Shown here piece after piece: positions 11,227 through 24,100 of a stretch of DNA of 64,000 bases; position 1 is the first letter of the stretch; each line of letters starts with the position of its first letter. This DNA is from Mytilus edulis (taxonomy: Eukaryota). Location of the stretch: the NCBI RefSeq assembly GCF_963676685.1, contig NC_092349.1:76136001-76200000 (forward strand), read 5' to 3'. Both the position numbers and the translations under genes were made by a program. The notes beneath the pieces are model-generated. The model was not told the DNA's origin, ran no database searches, and saw nothing but the letters and a program-made list of their open reading frames with translations.

Positions 11227-11594
11227 TATATATCATTAAAAATACACCAAAATGTCATTTAGTTGAGAAAAATAAATATATACAAAATGTACAATGAACA
11301 CCCAAAAATGTGAAAGTTAGTATTTAACTCTTTTTGCTTAAATACTGAAAAAAATTCTGGCAACCCCTTACTTATTTTTACTCTTTTTGCTTAAAATACT
11401 GTTAAAATATATATTTAACATGGGTGACGAATTGACTATATCAGTTGTCGATTTAACCAGGTGCTGATTTGTCCAGGTGCCAATTTAACCAGGTGCCGGT
11501 TTGACTAGAATTCTTTGACAAATGTTTGAAATTACCTGAGTTTCATTAGACCTTTGATAACAGTAACAAAAAGATTATTTACTTAATATTTTGT

Positions 11595-12317
11595 GGTATC
11601 AGGTCTGTTCGCGCCCAATACACTTTCGCACCTTGCAGGTTCGCACCTCGCACGTTCGCACCCAAGGTTTGCACTCTACTCATTCGCGCTCAATTTTAAT
11701 TCAAATTCAAGTTGAATAATTGGAAAATAATGATTGTTGTTTTAAATTGCTTTGGTGTAAATACTGAATGTATTTATAGCTTGGTATGAGTAAAACATTG
11801 AAGATTTTAAAGGAAAAACACAAAAGATAATTGTTTTTAACAGCTTGGTCCCTTTGATCTGAAACAACGAAACAATAAAATATAGGAACCAAAATATAGC
11901 AATCCACTATTATAACCAAAACATGATAAAATCTATTCAACACACAGAAAAAAACATAGTCAGAATCTCACTTCATTTTGAAAGAAGTCAATGAAACAAA
12001 GTTATAGCAATACACTTACCAAAACATGATTAAGAGTTATTCAACACAAAATAAAACGTTGAAAAAATACCACTTTAATTAGAAAGGATTATTATTATTT
12101 TTAACAATACGCTATCCAAAACATGATTAAGATTTATTCAACACAAATAAAAATGCTGTCTCACTTTATTTTGAGACAATGACAACAATTATACTTATTA
12201 AGAAAACACTTGCTTACAGAGTTATTAAACACAAAACCAATTAAGATTGGGTGCGAACATTTAGGGTGTGAAAGTGAAAGGGGGCGAACATGAGTGGGCG
12301 CGAACGGACCCGGATTC
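11595..12317. mobile_element. MITE with TTCGCACC subterminal repeats
   Basis: GGTCTGTTCGCGCCCA at ~11602 versus TGGGCGCGAACGGACC at ~12295. Confidence 0.7.
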
Positions 12318-12591
12318 AGACTATGTACCAGTGAGAAATATACAAGCCTTTCTACGGTATTTATTTGTACAATTCAGGTAGTCTTGACCTATTCATTTGT
12401 CTTAAAAAAACAGCCAGTTGTCACCTTCACTTCACACACACACATATATACGAATATCAATTATATGCTTACGAGACATGTTGCATTGTTAAACTAATTA
12501 CGGTATGTGAAAATCAAGACTTGCATAAAAACTATCCCAATATTAGAGACAGTGGCGTCATTTTTCTTCAGAGCTTTCAGCTCTTTGATTA

Positions 12592-13180
12592 AGATAAGAT
12601 GCAACATGTGAACCCCCCCCCCTCTTTTTAACAAAAAACTCAATAACTCCAAAATAAAATTTTGAATCATCACCAAAAATGTATCCAGATCTTTAGGTTA
12701 ATATAACTAATAAGTGTGTAAAGTTTTAAGCAATAATCTTAAATCGTTTATGAGATATGGTGCGACATGTGAAAACCCACCCCCTTTTTTTACAAAAAAC
12801 TCAATAACTCTAAAATGAAATTTTAAATCATCACCAAAAAGTATACAGATCTTTGGATTAATATAATTAAGAAGTGTGTGAAGTTTAAAGCAATAATCAT
12901 AAATTGTTTTTGAGATACAGAGCGACATGTGAAAAATGCACACCCCTGTTTTAGTTATAAAGTCCCGTAACTCAAAAAGTTTAAATCCTGTTTTCACCAA
13001 AAATTATACCGATCGTTTGACCATCATAAGAAACAACTGTAATAAGTTTCATGAAATTCGGATAAGAGGTTCTCAAGTTACGGTGCGACATGTGGACGCC
13101 GGACAAACAGACGGACAGCCGGACGCCGGACATTTGTATACCATAATACGTCTAGTCAAAATTTTGACGACGTATACAAA
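12592..13180. mobile_element. Right part of the split HINE copy
   Basis: Two ~160-bp units, GGAC microsatellite and GTCAAAATTTTGAC palindrome, homologous to 1200-1830. Confidence 0.75.
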
Positions 13181-13190
13181 TTGTTTCAAA

Positions 13191-13450
13191 TGGGTCTTGG
13201 TAGCAGGGAGATCTAAGAAGTGGAATTACTGTTCCACTAGTCTGTCAACACTGGTTGTGAGTTTGAATCCTGCTCATCATGCTCATGGCAGGTGCATTTA
13301 ACTCCAATCTTGATTGAATAGGATTATTAGTTTACATACTTAAGGTCGGTAGATTCTTGAGGCATTCTGGCTTCCTCCACCAATAAAAACTTACCACTGT
13401 ACCATAGCACAATAGTTCTGAAAGTGGTGTTAAATAATCAATCTATCAAT
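13191..13450 (+). mobile_element. tRNA-derived SINE (degenerate)
   Basis: B-box-like GTTTGAATCC at 13261, GGCTTCCTCCAC core, (ATCA/ATCT) tail; homologous to the reverse copy at 18621-19112. Confidence 0.55.
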
Positions 13451-13479
13451 TTATTTTGTATGTATATTGTTTTTTACAG

Positions 13480-13773
13480 GAGGTACGGCCATACACTTGT
13501 CATCTATGTGAGTACAGTTGTAAATTAAAAGGAAATTTGAACAGTCATTTGAAGAATATGCATAAACTAGAGATTGTCTCCATTAATAAATTACACGAAA
13601 AGGTTGTAAAAACAGGTACAGGCTTTGATGAATATATGGAGGCTAGAAGAAAACTTTATGAACCAGGTGTGAACCCAGCAGAATCGATAGTAACAAGACC
13701 AATAGAAGAGAGCTGTGGTGTTCCTCCTTTGGAAGATAATACAGAAGAAGACTACCAAGATTTAACTGAATAG
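13480..13773 (+). CDS. Terminal coding exon of a C2H2 zinc-finger protein (upstream exons not identified in this window)
   Basis: Polypyrimidine-CAG acceptor at 13479; RPYTCHLCEYSCKLKGNLNSHLKNMH finger; acidic tail; TAG stop; AATAAA at 14086. Confidence 0.8.
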   Translation, partial: EVRPYTCHLCEYSCKLKGNLNSHLKNMHKLEIVSINKLHEKVVKTGTGFDEYMEARRKLYEPGVNPAESIVTRPIEESCGVPPLEDNTEEDYQDLTE

Positions 13774-14477
13774 TTTTGGAAAACTAATTTACATTCACCA
13801 TAAACTTGGATATTAGAGGTTAACATTTTCTAGACAACAAAACAAAAGAATAGTGGTGATTTATTCAGCCCTGGGGCCTTCTTGTTTGTTAAATTATATG
13901 TTGTTAATACTGAAAACAGATTTGAACCAAGCTATTTGCCAATTAAACAGTAACCCAGTTGCAAAATAAGATTACTGAAGACATAGACAACAGCTCACTG
14001 TCTTCAACAAAAGACAAAAGTTAGTGCCATTTGTCCAGCTCGCAATCCTTTCTTGTTCAGAAAAGCTGAGAACATAAGTTTTATAAATAAAAGTTCATGA
14101 AAGATGTTGTTATTTATTAAAGCTGATTGAACCATTTACATGACTTTTGATTTTCTGTTCTTTAAATTCAATCACCTATAAAAAAAGAGGTGGAAGATAG
14201 AAAAGATTTCTTCAAAACTAATGAGCGAAAGAGAAAATGACAATGACATGGCAAACATTACAAACAAAACAACATAGATAAAAAGACAAAAACAAGAATG
14301 AACACATGTAACAACTAGCATCACAAATTGTGGGTGATCTCTGGTACTCTATTAGTGGCAACCATCATGATGTCCATTCTACAGTTCTTGTGAAGTTTAT
14401 GAATTTTTGAAATACTTTAATAAGTATCTTATGGTATAGGATACATGTAAATGGAAATGACCCCTGCCCTTCATCTG

Positions 14478-14768
14478 TTTTAATACCCCACCTACAGGTG
14501 TTATGTTTTTTGATGCATCTGCTCTTTTGTTCGTCCTTCTGTATACATTTGTCTGTCTGTCCCACTTCAGGTTAAAGTTTTTGGTCAAGGTAATTTTGAA
14601 TAAAGTTGATGTCCAATCAACTTGAAACTTAGTACACATGTTTCCTATGATATAATCTTTTAAATATTAATGCCAAATTAGAGTTTGGACACAAATTTCA
14701 CAGTCCACCGAACATAGAAAATGATAGCATGAGTAGGGCATCAGTGTACTATGGACACATTCAGTTTT
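14478..14768. mobile_element. Short HINE-type element, copy 1 (copy 2 at 61600-61888)
   Basis: CCCCACCTAC start, (GTCT) microsatellite, CTTCAGGTTAAAGTTTTTGGTCAAGG core shared by both copies. Confidence 0.7.
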
Positions 14769-15152
14769 TGGTGGTGTTCGTGTTGCTTAGTCTTTAATTT
14801 TCTTATGTTTTGTCTTGTGTAATATTATTTGTCTGTTTGTCTTTTTCTTTTTTAGCCATGATGTTGTCCGTTTATCTTACTGTCTATGAGTTTGACTGTC
14901 CATCCTGTATCTTTCACCCCTCTTCTTCTTGTTAATTTCATTTAATATTGTTTAATAAGGTAGCAATAGTTACCTCCATGTCACAACAAAGATTCACATT
15001 CAGTACATCATTTAATCCAAAAATTTGTTTTGAAACAATATATTGTAGATTTTATTTAAAATATAAAACATGTTTTTTTTATACTGAACACAATATTAAA
15101 ATGTCATGATATATAGTTTATTTAACATTAAACATCATCTTCATCAGATACA

Positions 15153-18100
15153 TTAAAGACATGTTGCATTTGCACCAGTTGTGTTGAATATGCTTGGTAA
15201 AACATCCAATCCAAATATTGGAATTGCCCATGTATTTATGGCTAGGGTCAATCCCAAGATAGCAATGACGTTCATCGCTATACCTGCAGAAGCCTACAAA
15301 AGAGTTTTATTATGAAAATATAAGCAACAACAAATGGACGTTTTTAACGACCTTCACTGGCTATACAGCCCTTGCACGGACGGTAAATATAAGCAATGAA
15401 TAAACATACTAGAGACTACACGAGATGATATACAAAAAGAAAAAAAGCTTGTGAAAAATCTGAAGTTGCAGATGATCATCTTAAAGTTACATCAAAGTAA
15501 AAAATGCTTCCCTGGAGTACATCACAAAAGAATACACAATTTCAATCGATAACTGCTACCAAAGGTTCTCTTACAACTAATAAACAGAAGTTAGAGTTAG
15601 ACATAATATTCAATAAACATGTTTTTTTTTACATTTTGTTCACTTGAAAATGGATATCAGATTTGAATCAGATAAAATGGTAAATTGTTTGTTTTTTTAT
15701 TTGTATTCAGCATTTTAAATTCGATATGGTTATTTATATAGTTGACACCATTTCCTAAATAAAACTTGATGAAAATAAATAATACATCTTCATTGTTGTA
15801 CTATTATGATTGGTTTCGTTTTACAATTTCACAGTAGTTAACTATTTTCTTTGGAATTTTTTTTACCAAGCCAGGAATACGGCAGTTGTTTTCACTTGTT
15901 CTGTTCTTTCAAAACATTTGATGTTGTAGGATTTTATAAACGTCCCCTTATTAAATTTGCCCTTAGGGTTAATTACTTTTCTTATACGTTTTAACTAACC
16001 ATATCTGGAATTCTGATAAATCCAGTGGAAAAGACAATGGCGTTTGGTGGTGTTGCCACAGGTAACATAAAGGCAAAGGAACAGGCAACAGCTGTTGATA
16101 TCATCAGGTAGAGAGGGTGTTGTCCGAGGGAGATTGCCTGAAAACAGAAATGCAAACTAAAATGTCTCGGCATCATATATACAAATGTTATTCAACTTGA
16201 CGGAAACATAAACCAAGTGTGTACATTTTTGTCCCTTGTGCATGATTGTATCATTATGTAGTAAATGACCTGATCTTATTTTTAGATTAAAAAAATGATA
16301 AGTAAGTAAACTAATCATAGATTCAGGATTGCAATAAAAGTGTGAACTTCAAATAACGGACAGAGCAAGCTAAGCTCGGTGAGATTAGACTGGAACTGTT
16401 ATTTACCTCTGATTAAGACCAGCCATGAAATTGTAATGGTTTTATTCAGTCTAATTACGGTGAACGTTTTCTTGGCTTCTATGCAAGGAATTATTTCATT
16501 TTCGGTCCTAATCTTCAATATCTCTTACCAGTTCTGCCATGATTGGCATAAGTAGTGTAGCTGTTGCACTGTTACTAGTTATTTCTGTTGCTGCTGCTAC
16601 AATCAAACAAATAACGAGATTCATCACCCATAGATCCATGTTACTGAATACTGTTAACCGACATCCAACTAATTTGGAAAGTCCTGATATCTAAAACGAA
16701 AAATATTGTATGCAAAAAGGCGAAAAAGGAAGTTGAAAAACTTTTACCCCTCCTTTTCCACGTTTTTACCAACAATTAGAGAGAAATCTATGATAGTTTT
16801 GATAAGCTTTTGGACTCCCACATGTTTGGTTATTTATTTTACGCATTGGACTTCATGTTAACCTAATACATGTTATAACGTATGTAAATGCTAAGAGAAA
16901 CGCAACAAAAGAGTTGTTTACTAGCGACGTTTTCTTCACAGCTTTAATATTTTAATCCATCAGTTTCTACTTAAAAAAATGCCTGTACCAAGTCAAGAAT
17001 ATGACAGCCATTCGTTTGATGTGTTTGAGCTTTTGATTTTGCCATTTGATTAGAGACTTTCCGTTTTGAATTTTCTTTGGAGTACAGTATTTTTTAATAT
17101 TTTTTTCTACTAAATAAATCAAAAAGCTTTCTAAGCAGTTACAAACTAATAACACATGGTGACAATTTTGTAGTTGTAATTAGTTCCTGAAAAGAAATTG
17201 ATGACTTTACCAGTGCTATTTGAACTAGAACAGTAGTTATTGTTTTGAATTCTGTGTCATAACAAAAGATCTACAAACTTATCCTTTGACAGAGCTTTAC
17301 ATATTTTAAGTTCACTACTCTCATTTTTGGTCTCTTGTACTGTCATGTAAAAATGAAGGATAATTTCCGTTTACAATCTACAAATATTTATCTTGTTGAA
17401 GCATACTACTATATATTAATTTAAAAAAAGTGTATTGTGGCACTTAAAATCGACACCGATTAATTCAAACATAACAAAGGATAAATTCTGCAATCTAACA
17501 AGACTTGAGCATATATCGTTTGGACAAATTGAACTTGCAGAACCGATAACAATTCTAACAGGTGGTCTTTATTGGTTAAATTAGTCTATGACAAATCTAG
17601 TCAATTAATAGAAAGAAACATTTTCCTTGTGCAGCGAATGTATGTCCTTATGGGTTATATTAAAAGACTTACTTTACTGGCCTCTGCAAGTGCGAAACCA
17701 CCTCCAAGAAGTATAATTATACCCCAGGGCACTTTATGTACAGCTGTCTCCCAAGTTAGTATTGGTGTGTAATATGGTTTCTTGTCTGAAAAGAGCTACA
17801 TATGTCACAAGATGTTCTAAACATACTTTCAATGTCGCATATACCAGTATTTGATTTTGGAACGACCGTTGAGATTTATCGACTTTCTAAGGGACAGATA
17901 AACATACATGTTTTAAAATGTTTTTAATATAAAACAGGTGTAACTTTTTACATGCATGCATGTGTTAATCATGCAGTTATTATGATCATGTTTTTTTAAG
18001 AGTCTCATTGTCCAATACACTATATGTATAATTATTTATATTTTTACATGTGCACACCGTTCCTATTTGTTGCACTCGATGATTGGAAAATCACAATGCT

Positions 18101-21100
18101 AGTTTAAGTTGAATAATAATGTGTTTTTTTCTTCATTTTGGCATGTTATGAAATTCACTCTCCTTCACCTTAAGTCCTATTAATAGAGGTGATTGGTGAA
18201 CCAATTACAATACTACTTTGTATTGTAATGACCTACACAACTAATAAGATAAACAGATAAACTAAGACGTATTGAATTCGTATTTGTTTTACAGGAAAAT
18301 CTGATAAGGTATATTTTGTTTTATGTACTCCCACTTCATTTGGTATATAGTTGTCTCATTGGCAATCATACCAGATCTCCATAATTTTATATCTATAACG
18401 AAAATAATGATTTACCATCCTCCTTATTCCAACAGAATATATTTGGGAGTTTCCTTGGCAGAACAAACAATGCAATAGCTATCAACATAGCAGCAGTAGA
18501 ATCTCTGGCATATGGACCTCCCCTTAAAAGAAGTGTTTTTATATTAAAATATACATATCTTTGTCTAATTCTAATTTAAAATCCGAATTATTAAATGTCA
18601 CGATAAATCCATTGCTAGAGATCGATGGTTTGATTGGTGTTTAAAGCCACCCAAACTTAGCCATAAAACCAGGTTCAATCCACCATTCTTTCCTGAAAAT
18701 GTCCTGTACCAAGAATATGTTATCTACATTCCGTTTCTGTTGATGTTAGGGTGTGCTTTTCTTTTGTATTTTTCCGTTGTTTTCCTTAAACAGTTGATGT
18801 GTTTCCCTCGGTTTTAGTTTGTTACCTGGATTTGTTATGCTTAATCGAACTATGTCTATTAAACAGCGGTATACTACTGTTGCCTTTATTCAATAATTTT
18901 ATAATATTTTCTGGCAGTAATTTTTTATTTGTGGAGGAAGCCAGAGTACACGGATAGAACCACTGACCTTCTGTAGGGAAACTGACAATTCAATTAAGAT
19001 TAGAGTCGAATGCACCTTACCCGTTCGGGATTCGAATTCAAAGCCTCAGTGTCGACTGACTAGTGATATAGTAGCTCAATCTTCTTAGACCACTCGACCA
19101 CCGTTGCTCCCCTAAGGCCCGTGTTTAAGAATAGCTAGATTACCTTTACAAAAACATCAATGTTATTTTCGACGAAAATAATACAAAAAACTTCAGTTGA
19201 AGTAGCATTTTTTTTTAATTTTTTGTATAATACCTACCCTTAGCATTATAAATACTCACTTTACATCAACTTGAAATAGGTTTGCCCATCCTCCAAATCC
19301 AGGTATCCATCTAAATATCCATAATAACGCCAAACTTATAAAACATATAAGTACTATAATTTCTCCAAATCTGAAAAATAATTCGATACAGTCAAATTTG
19401 ATAGGTTCGTCCGTTCCATGTTGAGCAGGATAGTTTTAAGCTCAAAGAACACATGAAATCAACGCCATCTACATCAAGTCTATATCCAGGAATTCAGGTC
19501 AAAGGGGTGCGACTATAACTCTGTTGTTTCTTAACATTTTTATCTCGGATAGAAGATTTTCATTGGTGGCGGATGGCTCTTAAATTTATTTATTTTTATG
19601 ATTGAGCTGCTGAAACACCGCATCATGTTCATATATTTTGTAAAATAAAAATATACATCCGTATCGTTTATTATTTTATCATGATTCATTATTTCATAGA
19701 CGGATACTAAGAGAATTAAAAATATCTGAATGCAGTTACGACTCAGATTCTACTCGCATCTGTGAGATAACAAATCAAAATCTGATAAGTTTCAGAGACT
19801 TTTGATCCAATCAGTAATCCTTTCATAAGTTTAACATAATTTGTCGAAGGGTGTGCGAGCCCCTGTTCCAATCGGCTGAATTTGTCCCTCACAAAACTTT
19901 CATAGCTGAGTTTTTTATATTCGGATTATATTGCAGTTCAACATGTTTTGTTCATGTCGGTGTTTTGTTGATTTTTGAGAAGCAAAGGAAGTGAATTGGA
20001 ATCCAACTTGCTGTTATATACGATATAAAAACATATATAATAACGATGTTTCGTGTTTATGAATAATAATTACGTCCATCGCCCCAGCTTTTTTCTCTCT
20101 AATTGAATAGCTTTTTGGATTGCCTCTTTCCTTGTTTCATCTGATTTCTTACAGCATCTACAATGCAGGAAGAGGAGGTATTATAATCTATACAAGATAT
20201 TCTATTTGATTTTTGATTTTTTAAGAAAGGAACATATACTTGGGTCATCGGATTTTTACCTCTTAAAAACATTGCATGTAAAGTTCAAAATTTGATTATA
20301 TGCCCTTAATAAAATTGAGAATAGAAATAGGGAATTTGTCAAAGAGACACCAACCCAACCAAATAGCAGAAAACTGCCGAAGACTTGTATTCATGCATCT
20401 AAATTGTGTCTGCAATAACCGTGCAGTTATGATTTTAAAATGGCATTTTAATTTTTATTTGAATTTATTCTATTATAAAGTTAATTTGACTGCACAAACT
20501 TTACTTTACATACGTACATGTTGTATGATTGTAAATATATGGTTTTGTAATAAGAATAACATTGATATTCTTGTTTAGTAATATAAACAGAATTTGATTT
20601 GTAAATGTGTTCTAGTATTTATCAATGGTTAAAAGTTACGGCAACACAATTTCTGTACAGGAAATGACTGACATGAATTAATTTATCAATGTAAAAAAAT
20701 ACGAAGGTAAAGAATAAGAAAATACTCACACCAAACACTAGAATTCTCTAATTTATACCTCGATGTACAATATAATATACTTACAGAGATCTTAGAAAGA
20801 ATATCTGTAACCACAACCAACACAAAATCAATATTAAGACTGACAAAGGGAAAGCAAAAGCCATCCAATTAGCAAACGTTATTCCACTATCAGAACCTTT
20901 CTCATATTTCTCATATATTCTGTAAATATAAAATAAAGCTCTAATGCATTGGTCAAATTCAAACAAAAGGTATTATATTGTATATATTTAATACATCTAA
21001 GTATCAAAGTATAAATTATTAAAAAAAATGAGAAAAAAGAGACTATTCTTAAATATATCCTGAATGAATAGTTCATGGATGTCGCTAGTAAGTATGATAG

Positions 21101-24100
21101 TTTAAGCTTACTCTGCAGAGCACATGTGATTATTTTGAGTCACAATGAGTTCGTTTTTCTCAGTCTATTTTTTTTCTTTTCCTCGTTTGTATTTTAGACT
21201 TTTTTAGAATAAGTTGTTCTTCAATACTTTGAGATGTGAGTGTCAAAATGTATTTTTTGTTACTTTTTCAGATGATCGAATTCAATGTATTGCACATGTA
21301 GATAAATGAATGTCATTGAATGAACAGTAAAGCTATAATGATTTTAATCAATATGCTCTGTTCTCACACTTTTACAGACCATTTACTATTTCATGTTTTT
21401 CCAAGGTTGATTTTTATCTATTTGATATTTGAATTTTGATTCTTCCATTGATTTTTTTAATTCTGTTTTTTTCCGTCAATGCTTAGAAACACATTACAAA
21501 ATCAATTTGTCACCAATTTGTCACTTTGTTATTACAAAATACATAAGACTGCTAGATTTAAATGAAAATGATATTGCATTGAACATTATTTTAACGACGA
21601 AGAAAGGAAAAATGGCAGAATTTCGATGAGTGATATTGATAAAAAAGCAAACGACATTAACATACAGTGTTCACCAGCAAATATCATTTTAATTTAGGTA
21701 ATTCATTTAGAGTATTGTTGAAGTAACTCGTTTTTTGTCCATATAGAAGGAAAAGAGATCTATATTGGGTATACTACAAGCGAAACATAAAGTTAAAACC
21801 AAAATCATAACGACATCCCTAAAACTGTTGCAGTACTGCTTTTAACCTAGCTAATAATATTTCTTGGTTCAATAACTTCAATGTAATCAAGACGCAACAC
21901 TTTATGAAGGAAATTGCGATAGAAAACGCAACCAAACATATCTTTCAAAGTAAATAAAGGCAACAGTAGTATACCGCTGTCCGAATGTTCAATGTAAAAT
22001 TGAAGCCAAAATACATTTTGATCAATTGCATTTAATCTAGCATATTATTGAATGACGTTTTTTGATACATGTGTCAGTTAACATTGTAATGTTGTACGAT
22101 AATTACAATTCCTGAAAATTAACTGCAGATTACATTGAGTAGACAACTTAAAATAATCTATTAAGTGGGAAACAAAATAATCCCAACTTCTCTGAAGTAT
22201 ATCTTTTAACTATACCGATTTAGGAGACTCGATACAGTAGCAGTTTCATTGCACTATACGTGATTACTACAATTGTAGAGAACAATGTGGTAGACACACA
22301 CCAGAAAGGGGACTTTTAAAAGCCTCTAACTTGTGATTCCTTACGTAAAATATTCCGTAAGCCCGCGAAACGGCTAATATCAGTCTACTTACTTGTCTGC
22401 CTGACCCTGCAAAATGAGATTTGGCGGTGTTCCTGTCAACGTCGCAATACCACCAGCATTCGCTCCATAGGCAACACTTAACGCCAGACCTTTGCCAAAT
22501 CTTTTCAACTCCTCTGCCCTTTCACGGTTAAGTTCTCCTTCATTAATCTGTATTTCATCAACAGACACTGGAACATCATTAGCGCCTGAATGTGTTCCGT
22601 TTTTCTTCTGTAATTCATATTGGTCTGTTGTATATGCTTGATTATCTTTGCCTGAAACGATTGAAACAATTTTTGTCTATCGCCTATAATTTTATACAAA
22701 TGATTGTAGCATCACACGTTACTTTGTTTAGTTAATCGAATACCCAATATCATTACAAATACTAGGACACATAAACTATGTTGAACTTTATATTCCTATA
22801 AAATTATGCTTTTTTCTAACATTTGACATTTTATGGCGGAAAAAAACATCACAAGAAAGTGTTATACCAGTAGTTCATCAATACAAACTGATCACTAATG
22901 ATAACTCAGAAGTCTCGTTCTATGATGAGTTTACAAAATAATTAATAATTAATTGCACAAACATTTGTTTGACTATTTTCCACTATATTTTCATACAATT
23001 GCATTTTTTTAATATTAAAATTTGGCAACTATGCTCGGATTCACGCCAACGTATGAAACGTGCACTTATGTTAAACTACAGGTTAAAACAGTCGAATACG
23101 CAGATGTTACAAAATTTTCCACTAAACATCGTTTAAAAAACAGAAAATATAAAAAAAAAATGATCATGAGATGTGACTTGATTTTTCTATCTCATTCCAA
23201 AAGGATGTTGATGTCAACAGGTTTTAACTTTACAATAGAAACTGGACGAGTCACTAGTGAAGAATGAACTGACAGTCCCTTTGGTATCTTTCGCCTTTCT
23301 CTTTTTATATTTCTGATAAACTGAGTTCAATTCCCGATCGAACATAGGACTCATATAGCTCAATCTGTAGAATTCTTTATTTGAACTTTATTTGTGTACC
23401 TCTTCTATCTGATGTGCATGTCACATTCAAAACATATACCAGGATTTAATAATGCCAACTAACCTATATCTTTGATAAATTGTATCTTATAACACATGTT
23501 ACAGTTAAAACCTCCTAACTTTACCATTATGTTTTCTCTAACATTGAATGATTCATTTCTCATTGGTTTCATATGATACTGATTATAACTTACCATCAGT
23601 AGTATTTCCATGGAGTTTTTCTGCTTCTCTAACCTGGTCCATAACAGCCACAATAATGGGAATCATCATAGATGTCGCTGCTGTGTTACTGATCCACATC
23701 GATAAAAACCACGTGGGTAACATCAGACCCAACATCAACCTGAAAAACAATCAGTAGTCTATTAATGTTTTATGGCTGTGCATGTATCGGTTCTGATGAT
23801 CATTATTCTATAAAATGGGCTATGTAAGAATATAAAGTATAATACATGTATATAAAGTTATATAATAATGAGTAAATTTATTACCTATTACCGCTACAAG
23901 TAGTACAACTTGATATAAGATAGACAATTAAAAGACAAATACCGATAATAGCAATGGAATAATGTATGCAGTTGTTACAAGAAAATTTTTAATCGCCATA
24001 TTTCAATTCAATTTGAGTCATTGAAGTACTAGTTTTAGTATTCTTAATTTATAATAGAAATTAGAATGATATTTTTTAATTAATGTATCCGCCAATATAC

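Larger units (their letters stand above)
2909..11512. mobile_element. TIR MITE with tandem-subunit TIRs (GGCACCTGGTTAAAT), split by nested insertions
   Basis: 2914-2983 AGTCAAGTCGGCACCTGGTTAAATTGGCA... approximately matches the reverse complement of 11420-11507 ...TGCCAATTTAACCAGGTGCCGGTTTGACT. Confidence 0.7.

Noticed and set aside
18930-19112. tRNA-like A/B boxes
   Set aside because: No cloverleaf; continues into a SINE body, so not a tRNA gene
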